Notes: generated from the sequence alone by a model not told the origin. A stretch of 64,000 bases of DNA from an uncultured delta proteobacterium (GCA_963695875.1 CAVOID010000010.1:96001-160000), one strand, 5' to 3'; shown: positions 22,173 to 35,836, numbered from the stretch's first letter. A program made the numbers and translations.

Positions 22173-23036
22173 GTGAATATCTTAAACGTACTTAAAGAAG
22201 CAGTAACTGTACTGGAAAGTCGTGGTCTCGCAAATCCCATACTTGATGCCGAGGTTCTATTGTCCTCTTGTTTAAGAAGAGATCGTACGAGCCTTTTCAC
22301 ACATCCCGAACAATCACTTACAGAAAAAGAACTTGAGGAATTTCGTCAATTTGTGGAAAGGCGGAGACGTGGTGAACCGATTGCTTATATAACTGGAAAG
22401 AAGGAATTCTGGTCGCTCACTTTCGAGGTCAACAGACACGTTCTCGTGCCCAGACCGGAAACAGAAATTCTTGTGGAAGAGGTCCTGAAGGTGTGCAAAG
22501 GGGAAAGAAGAGATAATCCCAGTATTCTGGAAATTGGTACAGGCAGCGGAGCAATAAGCGTTGCCCTGGCATCTGAATTGAAGAATGCACAAATAGTGGC
22601 GATAGACAGTTCGCCAGAAGCCGTGGCTGTCGCTTCCAGAAATGCAGAAAACAACGGCGTCGCCAACAAGATATCTTTTCTTGTCGGCGATTTATTTGAA
22701 CGCGTATCCGGTAAATTTAATATCATTGTTTCCAATCCTCCCTACATATCGCAAGAAGAATATGGCCGTCTGCCTCTGGACGTGCGGGGATTTGAGCCGG
22801 AATCGGCACTTCTTGCCGGAACTGAGGGAACTGAATTTCACGGAGAAATCATCCGAAAAGGGGCCATCTACTTAAAGAAAGGAGGCTGGCTTCTCATGGA
22901 AATTGGAGCCGGACAGAAAGACCGGGTAGAAAATATGTTGAAGGAATCTCACCTTTATGACAATATTGCCTTCAGAGACGACTATGCAGGCATCGTCCGG
23001 GTTGCTATGGCAAGGAGAGTTGTGACAGGTGGATAA
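22173..23036 (+). CDS. prmC: Release factor glutamine methyltransferase
   Basis: GEPIAYI, PRPETE, EIGTGSG and SNPPY; GTG start chosen because the upstream extension lies in a repeat. Confidence 0.95.
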   Translation: MNILNVLKEAVTVLESRGLANPILDAEVLLSSCLRRDRTSLFTHPEQSLTEKELEEFRQFVERRRRGEPIAYITGKKEFWSLTFEVNRHVLVPRPETEILVEEVLKVCKGERRDNPSILEIGTGSGAISVALASELKNAQIVAIDSSPEAVAVASRNAENNGVANKISFLVGDLFERVSGKFNIIVSNPPYISQEEYGRLPLDVRGFEPESALLAGTEGTEFHGEIIRKGAIYLKKGGWLLMEIGAGQKDRVENMLKESHLYDNIAFRDDYAGIVRVAMARRVVTGG

Positions 23037-24279
23037 AATTATCATCGTTGGCGGTAAAAAACTACACGGCGATGTCCACATCAGTGGAGCCAAGAATGCC
23101 GCTCTTCCCATCATGGTTTCCGCACTTTTGACACCAGGGGTAAGTACATTTCATAACATTCCCGATCTAGTGGATATCAAGACGATCAAGAAACTCCTCA
23201 GAAATTTAGGTGTTAAAATAGAAGGAGAATCGACTGTAAAAATCAATGCGGAAAATATTATAAATTGTGAAGCCCCGTATGACCTTGTCAAAACCATGAG
23301 GGCCTCCGTCCTGGTACTGGGACCCCTTGTAGCGAGGATGGGAGTAGCCAGAGTTTCTCTTCCGGGAGGATGCGCCATAGGAGCCAGGCCGGTTAATCTT
23401 CATATAAAAGCCCTTCAAGATTTAGGGGCAGAAGTGGAGTTGAAGGATGGTTATGTGGAGGCCAAAGCTAAGAGATTGAAGGGTACAACCATTTATTTCG
23501 ACATTTCCACGGTAACGGGAACGGAAAATATCATGATGGCTGCATGTCTGGCTGAAGGAACGACACTCCTGAAAAATGCAGCTAAGGAGCCTGAAGTTGT
23601 CAATCTTGCCGATGTCCTGAATGCCATGGGAGCAAAGATTATCGGCGCAGGTACGGACATAGTCAGGATAGATGGTGTCGATCAATTGCATCCCATTGAA
23701 GCGTCCGTTATACCTGACCGTATCGAGGCAGGTACTTTTATGATTGCTGCCGGGATTACAGGGGGAGATGTCAGAATTCTTGGCTGCGATCCCTCTCACC
23801 TTGATGCTTTAATCCTGAAGCTAAGAGATGCAGGTATGGAAATCACCATAATTGACGGTGGAATCAGGGCCACGGCCAGAAAGAAAATTAAGAGTGTGGA
23901 CATAAAAACGCTCCCTTACCCGGGATTTCCTACAGACCTGCAGGCTCAAATCATGGCCTTACTGGCTGTGGCAAGCGGCCTCAGCGTCATAACGGAAACA
24001 GTTTTTGAAAACAGGTTCATGCACGTAAGCGAATTGATAAGGATGGGAGCGGACATCCTGATTCATGGAAATAGCGCCATGGTGAAGGGGATTCCAAAAC
24101 TCAAGGGGGCTCAGGTTATGGCTACGGACCTCAGGGCCTCGGCTTCGCTGATTATCGCGGGATTAGCTGCAGAAGGAAAGACTGAACTATCGAGAGTTTA
24201 TCATATAGACAGGGGATACCAGGAAATCGAGAAGAAATTTTTGGCCCTCGGCGCCGACATAAAAAGAGTGTCCGGATAA
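23029..24279 (+). CDS. murA: UDP-N-acetylglucosamine 1-carboxyvinyltransferase
   Basis: [20 protein letters not shown] and ATDLRA. Confidence 0.97.
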   Translation: MDKIIIVGGKKLHGDVHISGAKNAALPIMVSALLTPGVSTFHNIPDLVDIKTIKKLLRNLGVKIEGESTVKINAENIINCEAPYDLVKTMRASVLVLGPLVARMGVARVSLPGGCAIGARPVNLHIKALQDLGAEVELKDGYVEAKAKRLKGTTIYFDISTVTGTENIMMAACLAEGTTLLKNAAKEPEVVNLADVLNAMGAKIIGAGTDIVRIDGVDQLHPIEASVIPDRIEAGTFMIAAGITGGDVRILGCDPSHLDALILKLRDAGMEITIIDGGIRATARKKIKSVDIKTLPYPGFPTDLQAQIMALLAVASGLSVITETVFENRFMHVSELIRMGADILIHGNSAMVKGIPKLKGAQVMATDLRASASLIIAGLAAEGKTELSRVYHIDRGYQEIEKKFLALGADIKRVSG

Positions 24280-24290
24280 AAGATATTGAG

Positions 24291-25610
24291 ATGAAAATCA
24301 TTCGCACAGATACAGTATATTACAAGCATTTGTTGAAGAAGATTGAGAACCGCGGATTGTTTCCTGACGAATGCTGGGATATTGTCAAAGAGATCGTGAA
24401 GAATATCATGGATAAAAGGAAGAATCCTGAAAGGAAGGATCAGGAACTCTTTAAATATACAAGAATGTTGGATGGGTATGAACTGACCGCTGATTCTGTG
24501 GCTGTATCTCCTGAAGAAATGGAAAATGCCGTCAAACAAGTTCGAGCTGAGGACTTAGCGGTTCTAAGACTGGCCGTCGAGCGAGTCAAGATGTTTCACG
24601 AAAAAAACCGCATTGGAGATTGGTCCTATTCCGACGAGGAAGGCATTGAACTCGGTCAGCGCATAGAGCCGCTGGAACGGGTCGGCATCTATGCCCCCGG
24701 AGGTCTTGCCTGTTATCCTTCCACGGTTATTATGGCCGCAGTTCCGGCGAGAATTGCCGGTGTTCCCGAAATTGCCCTGGTAACACCTTCGAAGGGTGGA
24801 AAAGTAAATCCCCTCATTGCCGCGGCTGCAAAACTGAGCGGTGTTAAACAAATATTCAAAATTGGCGGTGCCCAGGCCATAGCAGCTCTCGCATCCGGTA
24901 CGAAATCAATACCACGGGTGGATAAGATCGTTGGTCCCGGCAACGCTTATGTGACGGCAGCAAAACTGATTGTATACGAAATGGGTCGGTGCGGAATCGA
25001 CATGGCCGCTGGCCCAAGCGAGGTTCTCATCATAGCTGACAGATCGGCCGATCCTTCTCTTGTGGCCGCTGATCTGCTTGCACAGGCGGAACATGATGAA
25101 ATGGCGAGCGCTATTTGTCTAACCCCGGATGAAAATTTGGCCAAGAAGGTAGCCTCAGAGGTTGAGATTCAATTGACAAGCCTGCAGAGAAAATCAATTG
25201 CCGAACGTGCCTTAAACAATTTCGGAGCCGTCATCGTAACCAGAGACATCGATCAGGCCATTGAAGAAGCCAATCGGTTCGCCCCGGAGCATTTAGAATT
25301 GATGGTCAAAAATCCTCGTGCCATACTCCCTAAAATAAAACATGCCGGCGCCATTTTTCTTGGACACAACACTCCGGAAGCCCTTGGAGATTATATAGCC
25401 GGACCCTGCCACATCCTTCCTACGGGGGGAACGGCAAGATTTTCTTCCCCTCTGGGGGTCTATGACTTTGTGAAGCGTAGCAGTATACTCTCTTTCTCCA
25501 AGGAAGCTCTTCAAAGATACGGGAAGCAAGCCGCACGCTTTGCTGAAATGGAGGGACTTGAGGCGCACGGCAGGTCTATTGAAAAAAGGCTATCGCGAAA
25601 AAAATCTTGA
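24291..25610 (+). CDS. hisD: Histidinol dehydrogenase
   Basis: GGAQAIAALA, GPGNAYV, AGPSE, QAEHD and APEHLEL. Confidence 0.96.
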   Translation: MKIIRTDTVYYKHLLKKIENRGLFPDECWDIVKEIVKNIMDKRKNPERKDQELFKYTRMLDGYELTADSVAVSPEEMENAVKQVRAEDLAVLRLAVERVKMFHEKNRIGDWSYSDEEGIELGQRIEPLERVGIYAPGGLACYPSTVIMAAVPARIAGVPEIALVTPSKGGKVNPLIAAAAKLSGVKQIFKIGGAQAIAALASGTKSIPRVDKIVGPGNAYVTAAKLIVYEMGRCGIDMAAGPSEVLIIADRSADPSLVAADLLAQAEHDEMASAICLTPDENLAKKVASEVEIQLTSLQRKSIAERALNNFGAVIVTRDIDQAIEEANRFAPEHLELMVKNPRAILPKIKHAGAIFLGHNTPEALGDYIAGPCHILPTGGTARFSSPLGVYDFVKRSSILSFSKEALQRYGKQAARFAEMEGLEAHGRSIEKRLSRKKS

Positions 25611-25682
25611 CAAAAAATCCCTGATGTTTAAGATGCTCCGTGCTGCTCCAATGTTTATCTGCTTTCTGACAACCTCTTCTGA

Positions 25683-25757
25683 GCGGGCGTAATTCAGCGG
25701 TAGAATGTCAGCTTCCCAAGCTGAACGTCGTGGGTTCAACTCCCATCGCCCGCTCCA
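25683..25757 (+). tRNA. tRNA-Gly(CCC)
   Basis: Cloverleaf: acceptor GCGGGCG/CGCCCGC, anticodon arm TCAGC-TTCCCAA-GCTGA, T-loop GTTCAAC, encoded CCA. Confidence 0.96.
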
Positions 25758-25854
25758 ACCTTTATATTGCCTTTCCCTATAAATCCTAATTTTCTCTTGC
25801 AATCGGCTTTTTTCTGTGTTAGAAATTCCCCGAAAATCATCTTGTACGTACGTG

Positions 25855-25883
25855 ATGAGTGGGCAATTGCCCACTTTTTTTTT
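25855..25883 (+). promoter_or_regulatory. rimP leader hairpin with U-tract
   Basis: AGTGGGC-AATT-GCCCACT-TTTTTTTT just upstream of rimP. Confidence 0.7.
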
Positions 25884-25910
25884 CCGAGAAGGCGTAAGAA
25901 TTTTATAAAA

Positions 25911-26390
25911 ATGACTGATATTATGCATACATACAGAGAAGAGATAAGGCAGCTCATTGAGCCCGTTCTTGAATCTGAAAATATGGAAATGGTTGATATC
26001 GAATGCCTGAAGATGAAATCCCGCTGGCTGGTGAGAATTTACATTGATAAGGCTGGTGGAGTTACTATTGCTGACTGTTCTGAGATCAGCAAACAGGCAG
26101 GGGACATCCTTGATGTTCATAATGTACCTCCCGGTCCTTATACTTTGGAGGTTTCCTCGCCGGGCCTGGATCGACCGCTTACCCGTGACAAGGATTTTAT
26201 CAAATACATCGGGCATAAGGTCCGCGTGAGGGTGGGCGAAAAGCTTGAAGGTATAAAAAATTTTCAGGGAAAGTTAATCGATTATCTGGATGAAAACGGT
26301 AAGAAGACTTTGTTGGTAGATGTTTCCGGACATATTTATCACATACCGAGGGATTTGGTAGTTAAGGCGCATATCGAGTATGAATTATGA
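25911..26390 (+). CDS. rimP: Ribosome maturation factor RimP
   Basis: RIYID..GGVTIADC and YTLEVSSPGLDRPL. Confidence 0.95.
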   Translation: MTDIMHTYREEIRQLIEPVLESENMEMVDIECLKMKSRWLVRIYIDKAGGVTIADCSEISKQAGDILDVHNVPPGPYTLEVSSPGLDRPLTRDKDFIKYIGHKVRVRVGEKLEGIKNFQGKLIDYLDENGKKTLLVDVSGHIYHIPRDLVVKAHIEYEL

Positions 26391-26468
26391 CAACGACTCG
26401 TTCATTCTTGAATAGTTACGATTTTTAATAGGATATTAGTTCTGATATATAAATACGGAGGATTCTAA

Positions 26469-27734
26469 ATGTTACCAGAACTTAAACGTCTGATAGAGCA
26501 GATGGGTAAGGATAGAGGTATAGACAAAGGTGTCATTATAGAGGCACTGGAATCGGCTATGTTAACCGCTGCACGAAAAAAATTGGGTCCCCAGGTAGAT
26601 ATCGAGGCCCACTATAATGAGGAAGCAGGTGAAATTGAGGTATTTCAGTTCAAAACCGTGGTGGATAAAGTACTAGATCCGGATATGCAGGTTTCGTTAG
26701 AAGAGGCCAGACGAAATTTAGATGAAGAGGCACAACGGGGAGATAGTCTCGGAATGAAAATAGAGACAAGTACCTTCGGCAGGATTGCCGTTCAGACGGC
26801 CAAGCAGATAATCATTCAAAAGGTTAAGGATGCGGAGCGGGATAATGTCTATGATGAATACAAAGATAAAAAAGGTGAACTGGTGAGTGGTTTTGTTCAA
26901 AGATTTGACGGCGGGAATATTATCGTTAACCTTGGTCGTGCTGAAGGTGTGATACCTACATCTGAGCAGATTTATCGGGAGACTTACAAGCGAGGAGATC
27001 GAATTCGTGCATATGTGTGCGATGTAAAAAGGATATCTAAAGGTCCTCAGATCATCCTTTCCAGAACGCACCCGGGCTTTCTCAAAGCCCTGTTTGAAGT
27101 GGAAGTACCTGAGATATCTGAGGGGCTAATTGATATTGTAAATGTGGCAAGAGAACCAGGAAAACGTGCCAAAATCTCCGTGAGAACAAAAGATAAAGAT
27201 ATTGATCCGGTAGGTGCCTGTGTTGGTATGAGAGGTTCCCGCGTACAGAGCGTAGTGCAGGAATTGAGGGGAGAAAAAATTGATATCGTCCCTTATTCTG
27301 TCGATAACGCTAATTATGTTTGCAGTGCACTTTCGCCGGCCAAGGTTAACCGGGTCATTATGGATGATGAGAATCGTTCCATGGAAGTGATAGTTCCGGA
27401 TGATCAGTTATCTTTAGCAATAGGGAAAAATGGACAGAACGTCAGGCTGGCCGTCAAATTGACGGGATGGAAGATCGACGTTAAGAGTGAATCCATGGCC
27501 GCATCGCAAGAAGAAGAGGGATTTAAATCTCTTATGAAAATTCCTGGTATAGACGAGGCTATGGCGGAGAAACTGTATAGTGAAGGGTTTAAAAGTATCG
27601 CCATGATTGCAACAATCGATCCCGATATGCTGTCAACTCATTCAGGGGGTAGGTGAAAACAAGCGCATCGCAATGGATTGAAGAAGCAGTCAGAATCATC
27701 GATCAAGAGACAAGTGGAACGAAGAACCCGTAAA
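26469..27734 (+). CDS. nusA: Transcription termination/antitermination factor NusA (C-terminal frameshift near 27640; end approximate)
   Basis: FGRIAVQTAKQ, AREPG, DPVGACVG and LAIGKNGQNVRLA. Confidence 0.95.
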
Positions 27735-27830
27735 TAGAAGAGAGTCTAAGGAGAGTTCCCTCAAAGAGAGACTTTTCGCAAAGGTCTTTTGATATTACCA
27801 TTGTTTCAATTATATGCGAGGATTTCAAGA

Positions 27831-30521
27831 ATGACGAAGAAAAGAGTTTACGAGTTAGCCAAAGAGTTAGGTATTGACAGCAAGGAACTAATCTCTCGCT
27901 TGGAAAAACTCGGCATCGCTGTAAAAGCCGCATCAGAGCACACTCGAGGACACCGATCTGGAGAAAATACAGGCAGAGTTACTATTCAATGAACCACATG
28001 AAATGGTTGAGCAAAGAATTAAATCTACAGTTATCAGAAGACGGGCTGTGCGTCCAGTTGTCGAGGAAGTTAAACCGGAACCTGTCGAGCGCGGATATTT
28101 CGATAAAACCTGAAAAAGAAAAGATCGATAAAACAGTACCAAAAGAAGTTAAAAAAGAAAAACTGTTCCCAAAGAACACAAACCAAAAATTGCCACCCCG
28201 GTCGAAGTGGTGCCTAAAACTGCCGTTCCTGAAGAAGTAAAATCCACATCGAAGCCGCAAAACCGGAGGAACCAGTAGTTGAAAAGAAGGTAGAAATCCA
28301 GAAAAAGCCGGCAGCGGATGAAGTTGAAGAAATTCCAAAGAAGCCAAAAAAGAAAATTGAAGTCGTTGAAAAGAAGCCGGCGCCTCCGGAAGTAAAAGAG
28401 GCCCCGAAAGAAAGACGAAAAGAAAGAGGCAATATCCCGTCAGATACCAAAAGAACCTCCTGAGATCAAGAAAGAGCTCCCTAAGAAACCGATCTTAAGA
28501 TTGTAAAAGAAATTACGCCTCCCAAGGTAGTGGAAAAACCAGCCAAGTGGGAAGCCGGAAAAGCCAAAAATAAAAGGGAAAAAACCCGTTGAAGTGGTGA
28601 TGGAAGAGCTGCCATCGGCACGGAAAAAGGCTTTTATTAAGAAGCTCGTCGATAAAAAAGACAGGCGTGAGGATTTAGATAGAGAAGAAAGGATTATTAA
28701 ATGGAAGGATGGTAAAAAGCAGGTCACTGCAAAAATGAAAAAAACGGTAATTACTGTCCCAAAAGCAATAAAAAGAAGAATAAAGGTGGGTGAGGTAATA
28801 ACCGTCGGTGAGCTTGCTAAAAAAATGGGAGTTAAGGCAAGCGAAGTAATTAATAAACTCATCGGACTCGGCTTGATGGTTACCATAAATCAGGCTATAG
28901 AGTGTGATGCTGCGACTCTTATTGCCGGCGAATTTGGATATCAGGTAGAATCGGTTGGAACTGAATATGATGAATCCCTTCAAAAAGTTGACGCCGTCTT
29001 CCGAAAACCTGAAAGCGAGGGCGCCCGTTGTTACCATAATGGGACATGTTGACCATGGGAAAACGTCTCTTCTGGACGCAATAAGACAGACGAATGTGAT
29101 AGCAGGTGAGGTGGGGGGTATTACTCAGGCTATCGGAGCATATCATGTCCACATTAAAGACAGAGATATCGTATTTCTTGATACTCCCGGTCATGAAGCA
29201 TTCACTGCCATGAGGGCAAGGGGAGCTCATGTGACAGATATTGTTATACTGGTCGTCGCAGCTGATGATGGTGTAAAGGACCAAACCATAGAGGCCATTA
29301 ACCATGCAAGGGTGGCAGGAGTCCCCATTATCGTTGCCATCAATAAGATAGATAAACCTGGTGCTGACCCGGGAAAAATCAAACAAGTCCTCACCGATTA
29401 CAACCTTATGTCGGAAGAATGGGGTGGAGATACCATATACTGTGAAGTATCGGCTAAGAAAGAAGGAGGGAATAGAAGAACTCCTGGAAATGATCCTTCT
29501 GCAGGCGGATGTTATGGATTTAAAGGCCGATCCAGATCCGACCTGCTCGCGGCGTTATTATCGAAGCGAAACTTGATCGTGGACGTGGTCCGGTGGCAAC
29601 AGTGCTGATTCAGGAAGGTACCCTGAAAGAAGGGGATGCCTTTGTGTCTAAAACGGAATTTGGTAAGGTCAGGGCCTTGATTAACGATCAGGGAGCAGCG
29701 AGTCAAAGAGGCAGGACCGTCTATGCCGGTAGAGGTGATCGGTTTTTCAAAAGTCCCCCAGGTGAGTACAGAATTTATAGGTGTGGAAGATGAAAAAAAG
29801 GCACGCAGCATCGGCGAATACTGGATCAGAAAAGAGCGGGAACGGGAACTTTCCAAATCGTCAAAAATTACCCTTGAGCAGTTATATCAAAAAATTAAAG
29901 AGGGGGTTAAGGAACTGAATGTCATTATAAAGGGAGATGTCCAGGGTTCCATAGAGGCTTTGACCGAGGCATTGAACAAGCTGAGCACGGCGGATATAAA
30001 AGTAAAAATTATTCACAGTTCAACAGGTACTATAACAGAAACAGACGTCATGCTAGCATCGGCATCCAATGCCATAATTATCGGATTTAACGTCAGACCG
30101 GACAGCAGAGTAGTTGACATCGCAGAACAAGAGGGTGTCGAAATTAAACTATATGACATCATATATAACGTTATTGCAGACATGAAAGCTGCCATGGAAG
30201 GACTTCTCGAACCTATCTATAAAGAAACAGACATCGGTCGAGCTGAGGTACGGGAACTATTTAAAGTCCCCAAGCTAGGAACCATTGCCGGAAGCTATGT
30301 GACTGACGGCAAGATTACAAGAAATGCCAATCTCAGATTGGTAAGAGATGGTGTATTGATCTACAACAGCAAGGTCACTCTCCCTCAGGCGATTTAAGGA
30401 CGATGTCAAAGAAGTGAGTGCTGGTTTTGAATGTGGCATTGGAATAGAGGGCTTTAATGATATCAGAATAGGCGATATCATTGAGGCTTATATTAGCGAA
30501 GAGGTAGAGAGAAAATTGTAA
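27831..30521 (+). CDS. infB: Translation initiation factor IF-2 (multiple frameshifts)
   Basis: [31 protein letters not shown] and KGDVQGS across consecutive ORFs. Confidence 0.95.
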
Positions 30522-30649
30522 AATAGCCTACAATTTATAATTTATCTCCGAAAAAGTTGCCGGCATCTTCAGATGAAAATAAACCCTTGAACCCTTTTTG
30601 CAACTGAATGGGAGAAGGACCGGATATTAGTATTTAGAGTTTATTCGAG

Positions 30650-30988
30650 ATGGTTATCGGATCAGGTATAATAGACTTATGGATCGTTGAGAGCAGGTCT
30701 CTGAAAGAAAAAAGAGGGGTCCTGAATAGAATATTAAAACGGACTCAAAACGAGTTCAATATTTCTATTGCAGAAATTGGCGATAATGATCACTGGAAAA
30801 GAGCAAAGATCGGGTTCAGTGTCGTAGGAAATGACAGGCGTTATATAAATGGAAAGATTGACCACATCTTAAAATTTGTTGACAATCTTCACCTCGCTGA
30901 AGTGCTTAACACAAAAATTGAAATCACCAATATCCCCGATTCGATGGATCACTTCGAATATAATGAGGATAAATATAATGAATTTTAA
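30650..30988 (+). CDS. DUF503 (YlxP-like) protein
   Basis: SLKEKR and FNISIAE motifs; lies between infB and rbfA. Confidence 0.88.
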   Translation: MVIGSGIIDLWIVESRSLKEKRGVLNRILKRTQNEFNISIAEIGDNDHWKRAKIGFSVVGNDRRYINGKIDHILKFVDNLHLAEVLNTKIEITNIPDSMDHFEYNEDKYNEF

Positions 30989-31340
30989 AAGGGCAACACG
31001 TGTAGCAGATCTCATTATGGCTGATATTTCGGATATTCTGTTAAGAGAGATCAGGGACCCGCGGATTAAATCTGTCACTATTACAGGAGTCAAATTAACA
31101 GATGATCTCCGTTTGGCTAAAGTATTTTTTGTTGAGATGGGTAAGGATACATTCGATCCTCAAACCAAAGCAGCACTCCAAAAAGCAACGGGTTTCTTAA
31201 AAAGAGAACTCGGGAAAAGACTGAAACTGCGCTACGTGCCGGATATAATTTTCGTGTCTGACGAATCATTCGCATACGGGAGTCGAATTGACAGATTGCT
31301 GGCAGAAATACAAAAGACAGAGGAATCGAGTATTGAATAG
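30978..31340 (+). CDS. rbfA: Ribosome-binding factor A
   Basis: DPRI, DLRLAKVF, LRYVP and DES. Confidence 0.95.
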   Translation: MNFKRATRVADLIMADISDILLREIRDPRIKSVTITGVKLTDDLRLAKVFFVEMGKDTFDPQTKAALQKATGFLKRELGKRLKLRYVPDIIFVSDESFAYGSRIDRLLAEIQKTEESSIE

Positions 31341-32293
31341 TATCATCAACATGATAAATCGGTACAGATCTTTTCTTATTACGTCACATGTAAGACTTGA
31401 CGGTGATGCCTTGGGATCGGAACTGGCCCTGTATCAAATGCTCTTAGATAAAGGCAAGGAGGTTGTGGTTTACAATCAGGACGAAACACCGGACAATTAC
31501 TGTTTTCTTCCCGGCAACGATAAAATTATTCACAAACTTCCTGCAATTGAAAATTATGAGGTGGTCTTCATCTTCGATTGCAGCGACCTTGAATAGGATC
31601 GGAGATGAAGCTTCTCGCATTGGTAATATGGAGCGAATCATAAATATTGACCACCATATCTCAAACGGTAATTTTGGTAACATAGTCTTTACTGACCACC
31701 AGGCAAGTTCCACGGCAGAGCTTCTTTACAGGCTTATGATGGAGATGAATATTGATATCACAAAGGATATAGCAATCAATCTATACGCAGCTATTCTCAC
31801 TGATACGGGAGGCTTTTGTTACGGAAATACAAAAAAGAATACACTGATTGCAGCAGGAATCCTCGTGGAAAGAGGCGCTGATCCCCAGTGGATTTCAGAA
31901 AATATATATGAAAACAACCCCCTTTCCAAGATCAGACTCTTGACAAAAGCACTAGAAACACTTGCCTTTGACTGGAATGGAAAGGTTGGTTACATGGTTG
32001 TCTCCCGTAAGGACATCGAAGATGCGGGAGCACGTGATGAACATACTGAAGGCTTTGTTGACATACCCCGTTCCATTCAGGGAGTCGAAGTGTCTATCCT
32101 TTTTACTGAATTATCGGAGCATGAATTTAAGTTAAGCCTCCGATCTAAAGGAAAGGTCAATGTAGAACGTGTTGCCAGCACATTTGGGGGAGGTGGGCAT
32201 ACTAATGCCGCCGCTTGCCATATAAATGGAAATTTCAGCACCGTTTTATATCGAGTTTTAAACGCAATTAAGGACCTTTCATTAAATCCATGA
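31333..32293 (+). CDS. nrnA: DHH/DHHA1 oligoribonuclease / pAp phosphatase (frameshift near 31590)
   Basis: DGDALGS, IDHH, TDTG, SLRS and GGGHTNAA. Confidence 0.88.
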
Positions 32294-33310
32294 ATGGTAT
32301 CGTTGTGACCGACAAACCTTCCGGTAAAACGTCTTATGATGTCGTCGAGGATGTCAAAAAGGCCCTCTCAGTTAGAAAGGCCGGACATACAGGTACCCTG
32401 GATCCAATGGCAACAGGTGTCCTGCCTGTTTGTATAAACGAGGCAACGAAGTTAGTACAATTCTTTTCAATGGACACGAAAGACTACAGGGCGACCATGT
32501 TACTGGGTGTCAAAACAGACACCCAGGATATAGAAGGTAAGATTATCGCTCGTAATGACCCATATGTCGGACTTACACGACATAGAAAATGTTTTTAATC
32601 GCTTTATCGGGAAAATAGAACAGGTACCTCCCCGGTATTCAGCTATAAAATTTAAAGGTAAATCTCTCTATAAATGGACGAGGAAAGGTATTGACTATCG
32701 AACCCCCACCAAGAATTGTGGAAATATTACAACATCGTGATCGACGAACTGAAATTGCCCTATGTAACCTTTTCAGTTTCATGTTCAAAGGGTACTTATG
32801 TCAGGTCCCTGTGTTCCGATATCGGTGATATATTGGGATGTGGCGCATGTCTCGCGAGTTTGCGAAGAACAAGGAGTGGCATTTTTTTTGAGGCATCTGC
32901 AGTATCACTTGAAAGTATTGATGAAGCAACGGGGGAAAGACTATCAGAGCACATTATACCCCTGATTGATGCCCTGCCGAATATTCCGGTAATTTATGTC
33001 GATGAAGCATTTGCTAAGAAATTGAGGGACAGGTTATCAACCAATTGCTGAATCTTTCAACACATATCATATCCCTTCCCTTGCAGCCGGAGATATGATA
33101 AAATTTATGGATAAAGATAATAATCTTGTCTCCATTGCGAAATTGCTTTATGCATCTGACCAGATCAATAAACTGGATGGCATGATACAATTTGTTAAAA
33201 TTTTAAGAATTTTTAATAACGACAAAGAGACATTCAGGACAGATGCAAAATTATCATTTGCCAATAGTCACAAACAACTAAATTTTGGGGAGGATATAAA
33301 GCGGTGTTAG
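32290..33310 (+). CDS. truB: tRNA pseudouridine(55) synthase (frameshifts; end approximate)
   Basis: [22 protein letters not shown] and [10 protein letters not shown]. Confidence 0.92.
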
Positions 33311-33570
33311 ATTCTGAAAAGAGAAAGGAAGTCATTAACAATTTCCAATTGCATGAAGTGGACACTGGATCTCCTGAAGTCCAGATAGCTCTCCTCAGCG
33401 CCAGAATAGAGTACCTGACGGAACATTTCAAAATGCATAAAAAGGATCATCATTCTCGCAGAGGTCTCTTGAAACTCGTCGGGAAGAGAAGGCGTATTCT
33501 GGATTATCTTAAGAAAAAGGACTTGGAGAGATACAGGAGTGTGATTCAGCGTCTGGGTCTAAGAAAATAA
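33304..33570 (+). CDS. rpsO: 30S ribosomal protein S15
   Basis: [10 protein letters not shown] and [11 protein letters not shown]. Confidence 0.98.
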   Translation: MLDSEKRKEVINNFQLHEVDTGSPEVQIALLSARIEYLTEHFKMHKKDHHSRRGLLKLVGKRRRILDYLKKKDLERYRSVIQRLGLRK

Positions 33571-33714
33571 TCCCGGACCCAATTTTGTTGACGGAAAAGC
33601 ATGAAGAGAAAAAGATGTATTTCGATTGCTGGTTCGTCCCTAGTTTGTTACTGTATCCGCAAATATAAGGAAAATATATACAGCCATGAATTATAATGAT
33701 GAGAGGAAAAGTAC

Positions 33715-35836
33715 ATGAATAACACGTTTAAAATAGATTTCGCAGGAAGAAGCATTTCCATTAAAACAAACTACATGGCGGGTCAGGCCGATGGATCGGT
33801 CCTCGTAACCTATGGTGATACGGTCGTCATTGTAACCGCAGTTTCACTTAAGAATAAAAGAGAGGGCGTTGATTTCCTACCCCTGACAGTCGATTATCAG
33901 GAGATGACGTTTGCGGCTGGAAAGATCCCGGGAGGTTTTTTTAAGCGGGAGGGGCGCCCCAATGAAAGGGAAATATTAACATCACGTATTATTGACAGAT
34001 CGATCAGGCCCCTTTTCCCGAAAGGCTATTTCTTCGAAACGCAGATCGTGGCAACAGTACTGTCCGTGGATAATGAAAATGATTCTGTCGTGACAGCCTT
34101 GCTTGGTGCCTCTGCGGCGCTTGAAATCTCGGATATCCCTTTCAACGGACCTATTGCCGGTGTACGAGTTGGTCGTAGTGACGGCTCATTTATATGTAAC
34201 CCTTCATCAGATATCCTGGAGAAAAGTGATCTCAATCTCTTTATCGTTGGAAGAAAAGTATCACCCGGTTCCGGAGGTAAGGAATTTGATATTAATCTGG
34301 TGATGCTTGAAGGTGAAGCTCTTGAGATAGAAGAGGACGTAATTGTCAATGCTATCAATTTTGGCCTGGAATCAATACGGCCAGTAATTGAACTTCAGGA
34401 TCATATACGCCAAACAATAGGGAATGAAAAAAGAGCTGTAGAGAAAATTACCGTAGACGAAGCCCTTTTATGCAAAGGTTACTGAAGCTGCCACAGACAG
34501 CCTGAAAGAAGCCTATACCATATCGAGAAAGCTCGACCGGCACAAAAAACTTGATTGGATAAGAGAAAAGATAATCAAAGAATTAAATGCTGAGGATGAC
34601 AAGATCGGTCACCAAATAAGAAACATCATATCGGACCTGGAACGGCAAATAGTTAGAAACATGATTTTACATGAGAAAAAGAGGAGTGATGGAAGATCTA
34701 CTATGGATATCAGACCGATCAGTTCCGAAGTGGGAATTCTACCCAGAGCGCACGGATCAGCGCTCTTTACCAGGGGTGAGACCCAGGCCCTTGCAGCCCT
34801 CACACTCGGTACATCTTCGGACGAACAGAGGCTGGATTACGTAAGTGGGGAAGAAATGAGAACTTTTATTTTGCACTACAATTTTCCCCCTTACTGTGTA
34901 GGAGAAGCAAAGCCCTTAAGGAACCCGGGGAGAAGAGAAATCGGTCATGGTGCCCTCGCCAGAAAGGCTTTATTACCTATTTTGCCCTCCGTAGAAGTTT
35001 TCCCCTACACGATAAGAATTGTCTCTGAGATCCTGTCTTCCAATGGTTCATCATCAATGGCCACAGTCTGCGGCAGCTTGCTTTCCCTCATGGATGCGGG
35101 CGTACCGGTAAGGGACTTCGTTGCCGGAATCGCCATGGGGTTATTAAAGGAAGATGATAAGGTTGCAATCCTTTCCGATATCATAGGTGATGAAGACCAT
35201 GCAGGCGACATGGATCTCAAAGTATGCGGAACGAAGAAGGGAATCACGGCCTTGCAGATGGACATCAAAATTGGCGGGCTGAATGAAGATATATTAAGAA
35301 GCGCTTTATACCAGGCGAAGGAGGGGCGTTTTTTTATCATCGAAAAACTCAGGGATACAATTCCAGAACCGAGGGAAGACATATCTCAATATGCTCCTCG
35401 GATTACAACCCTCAAGGTAAGACCGGAAAAGGTGAGGGATGTGATCGGCTCCGGCGGGAAGAATATCAGGCAGATCATCAATGAAACAGGTGTTACCATC
35501 GACGTGGAAGATGACGGTACTGTGACCATTGCATCGAATGATGCAGAAGCGGCATCGAGAGCCGTGGCTATGGTTAAGTGGTTGACCGAAGACGCAGAGG
35601 TGGGAAAGACTTATCGTGGCATCGTCAAGAAAATTGTAGATTTTGGGGCCTTTGTCGAAATATTGCCGGGCACTGAAGGCTTGGTACACATATCACAGCT
35701 ATCCAAGGAAAGGGTTAAGAAAGTAACCGACATCCTCCAGGAAGGGGAAGAAGTAACGGTTAAGGTACTTGAGATCGATAAGCAGGGGAAGATTCGGCTT
35801 AGCAGGAAGGATGCACTGGGTGCCAATGCGCAATAA
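33715..35836 (+). CDS. pnp: Polyribonucleotide nucleotidyltransferase (frameshifts near 34470-34560)
   Basis: [33 protein letters not shown], plus KH and S1 domains. Confidence 0.96.

Noticed and set aside
25683..25757. tRNA-Gly as an island integration site
   Set aside because: No integrase or duplicated tRNA 3' end seen; both flanks are core genes
27735..27830. ylxR gene between nusA and infB
   Set aside because: Interval is too short and has no recognisable start or motif
27831..30521. Programmed frameshifting or pseudogenization of infB
   Set aside because: Essential gene with many scattered indels like its neighbours; assembly error is more parsimonious
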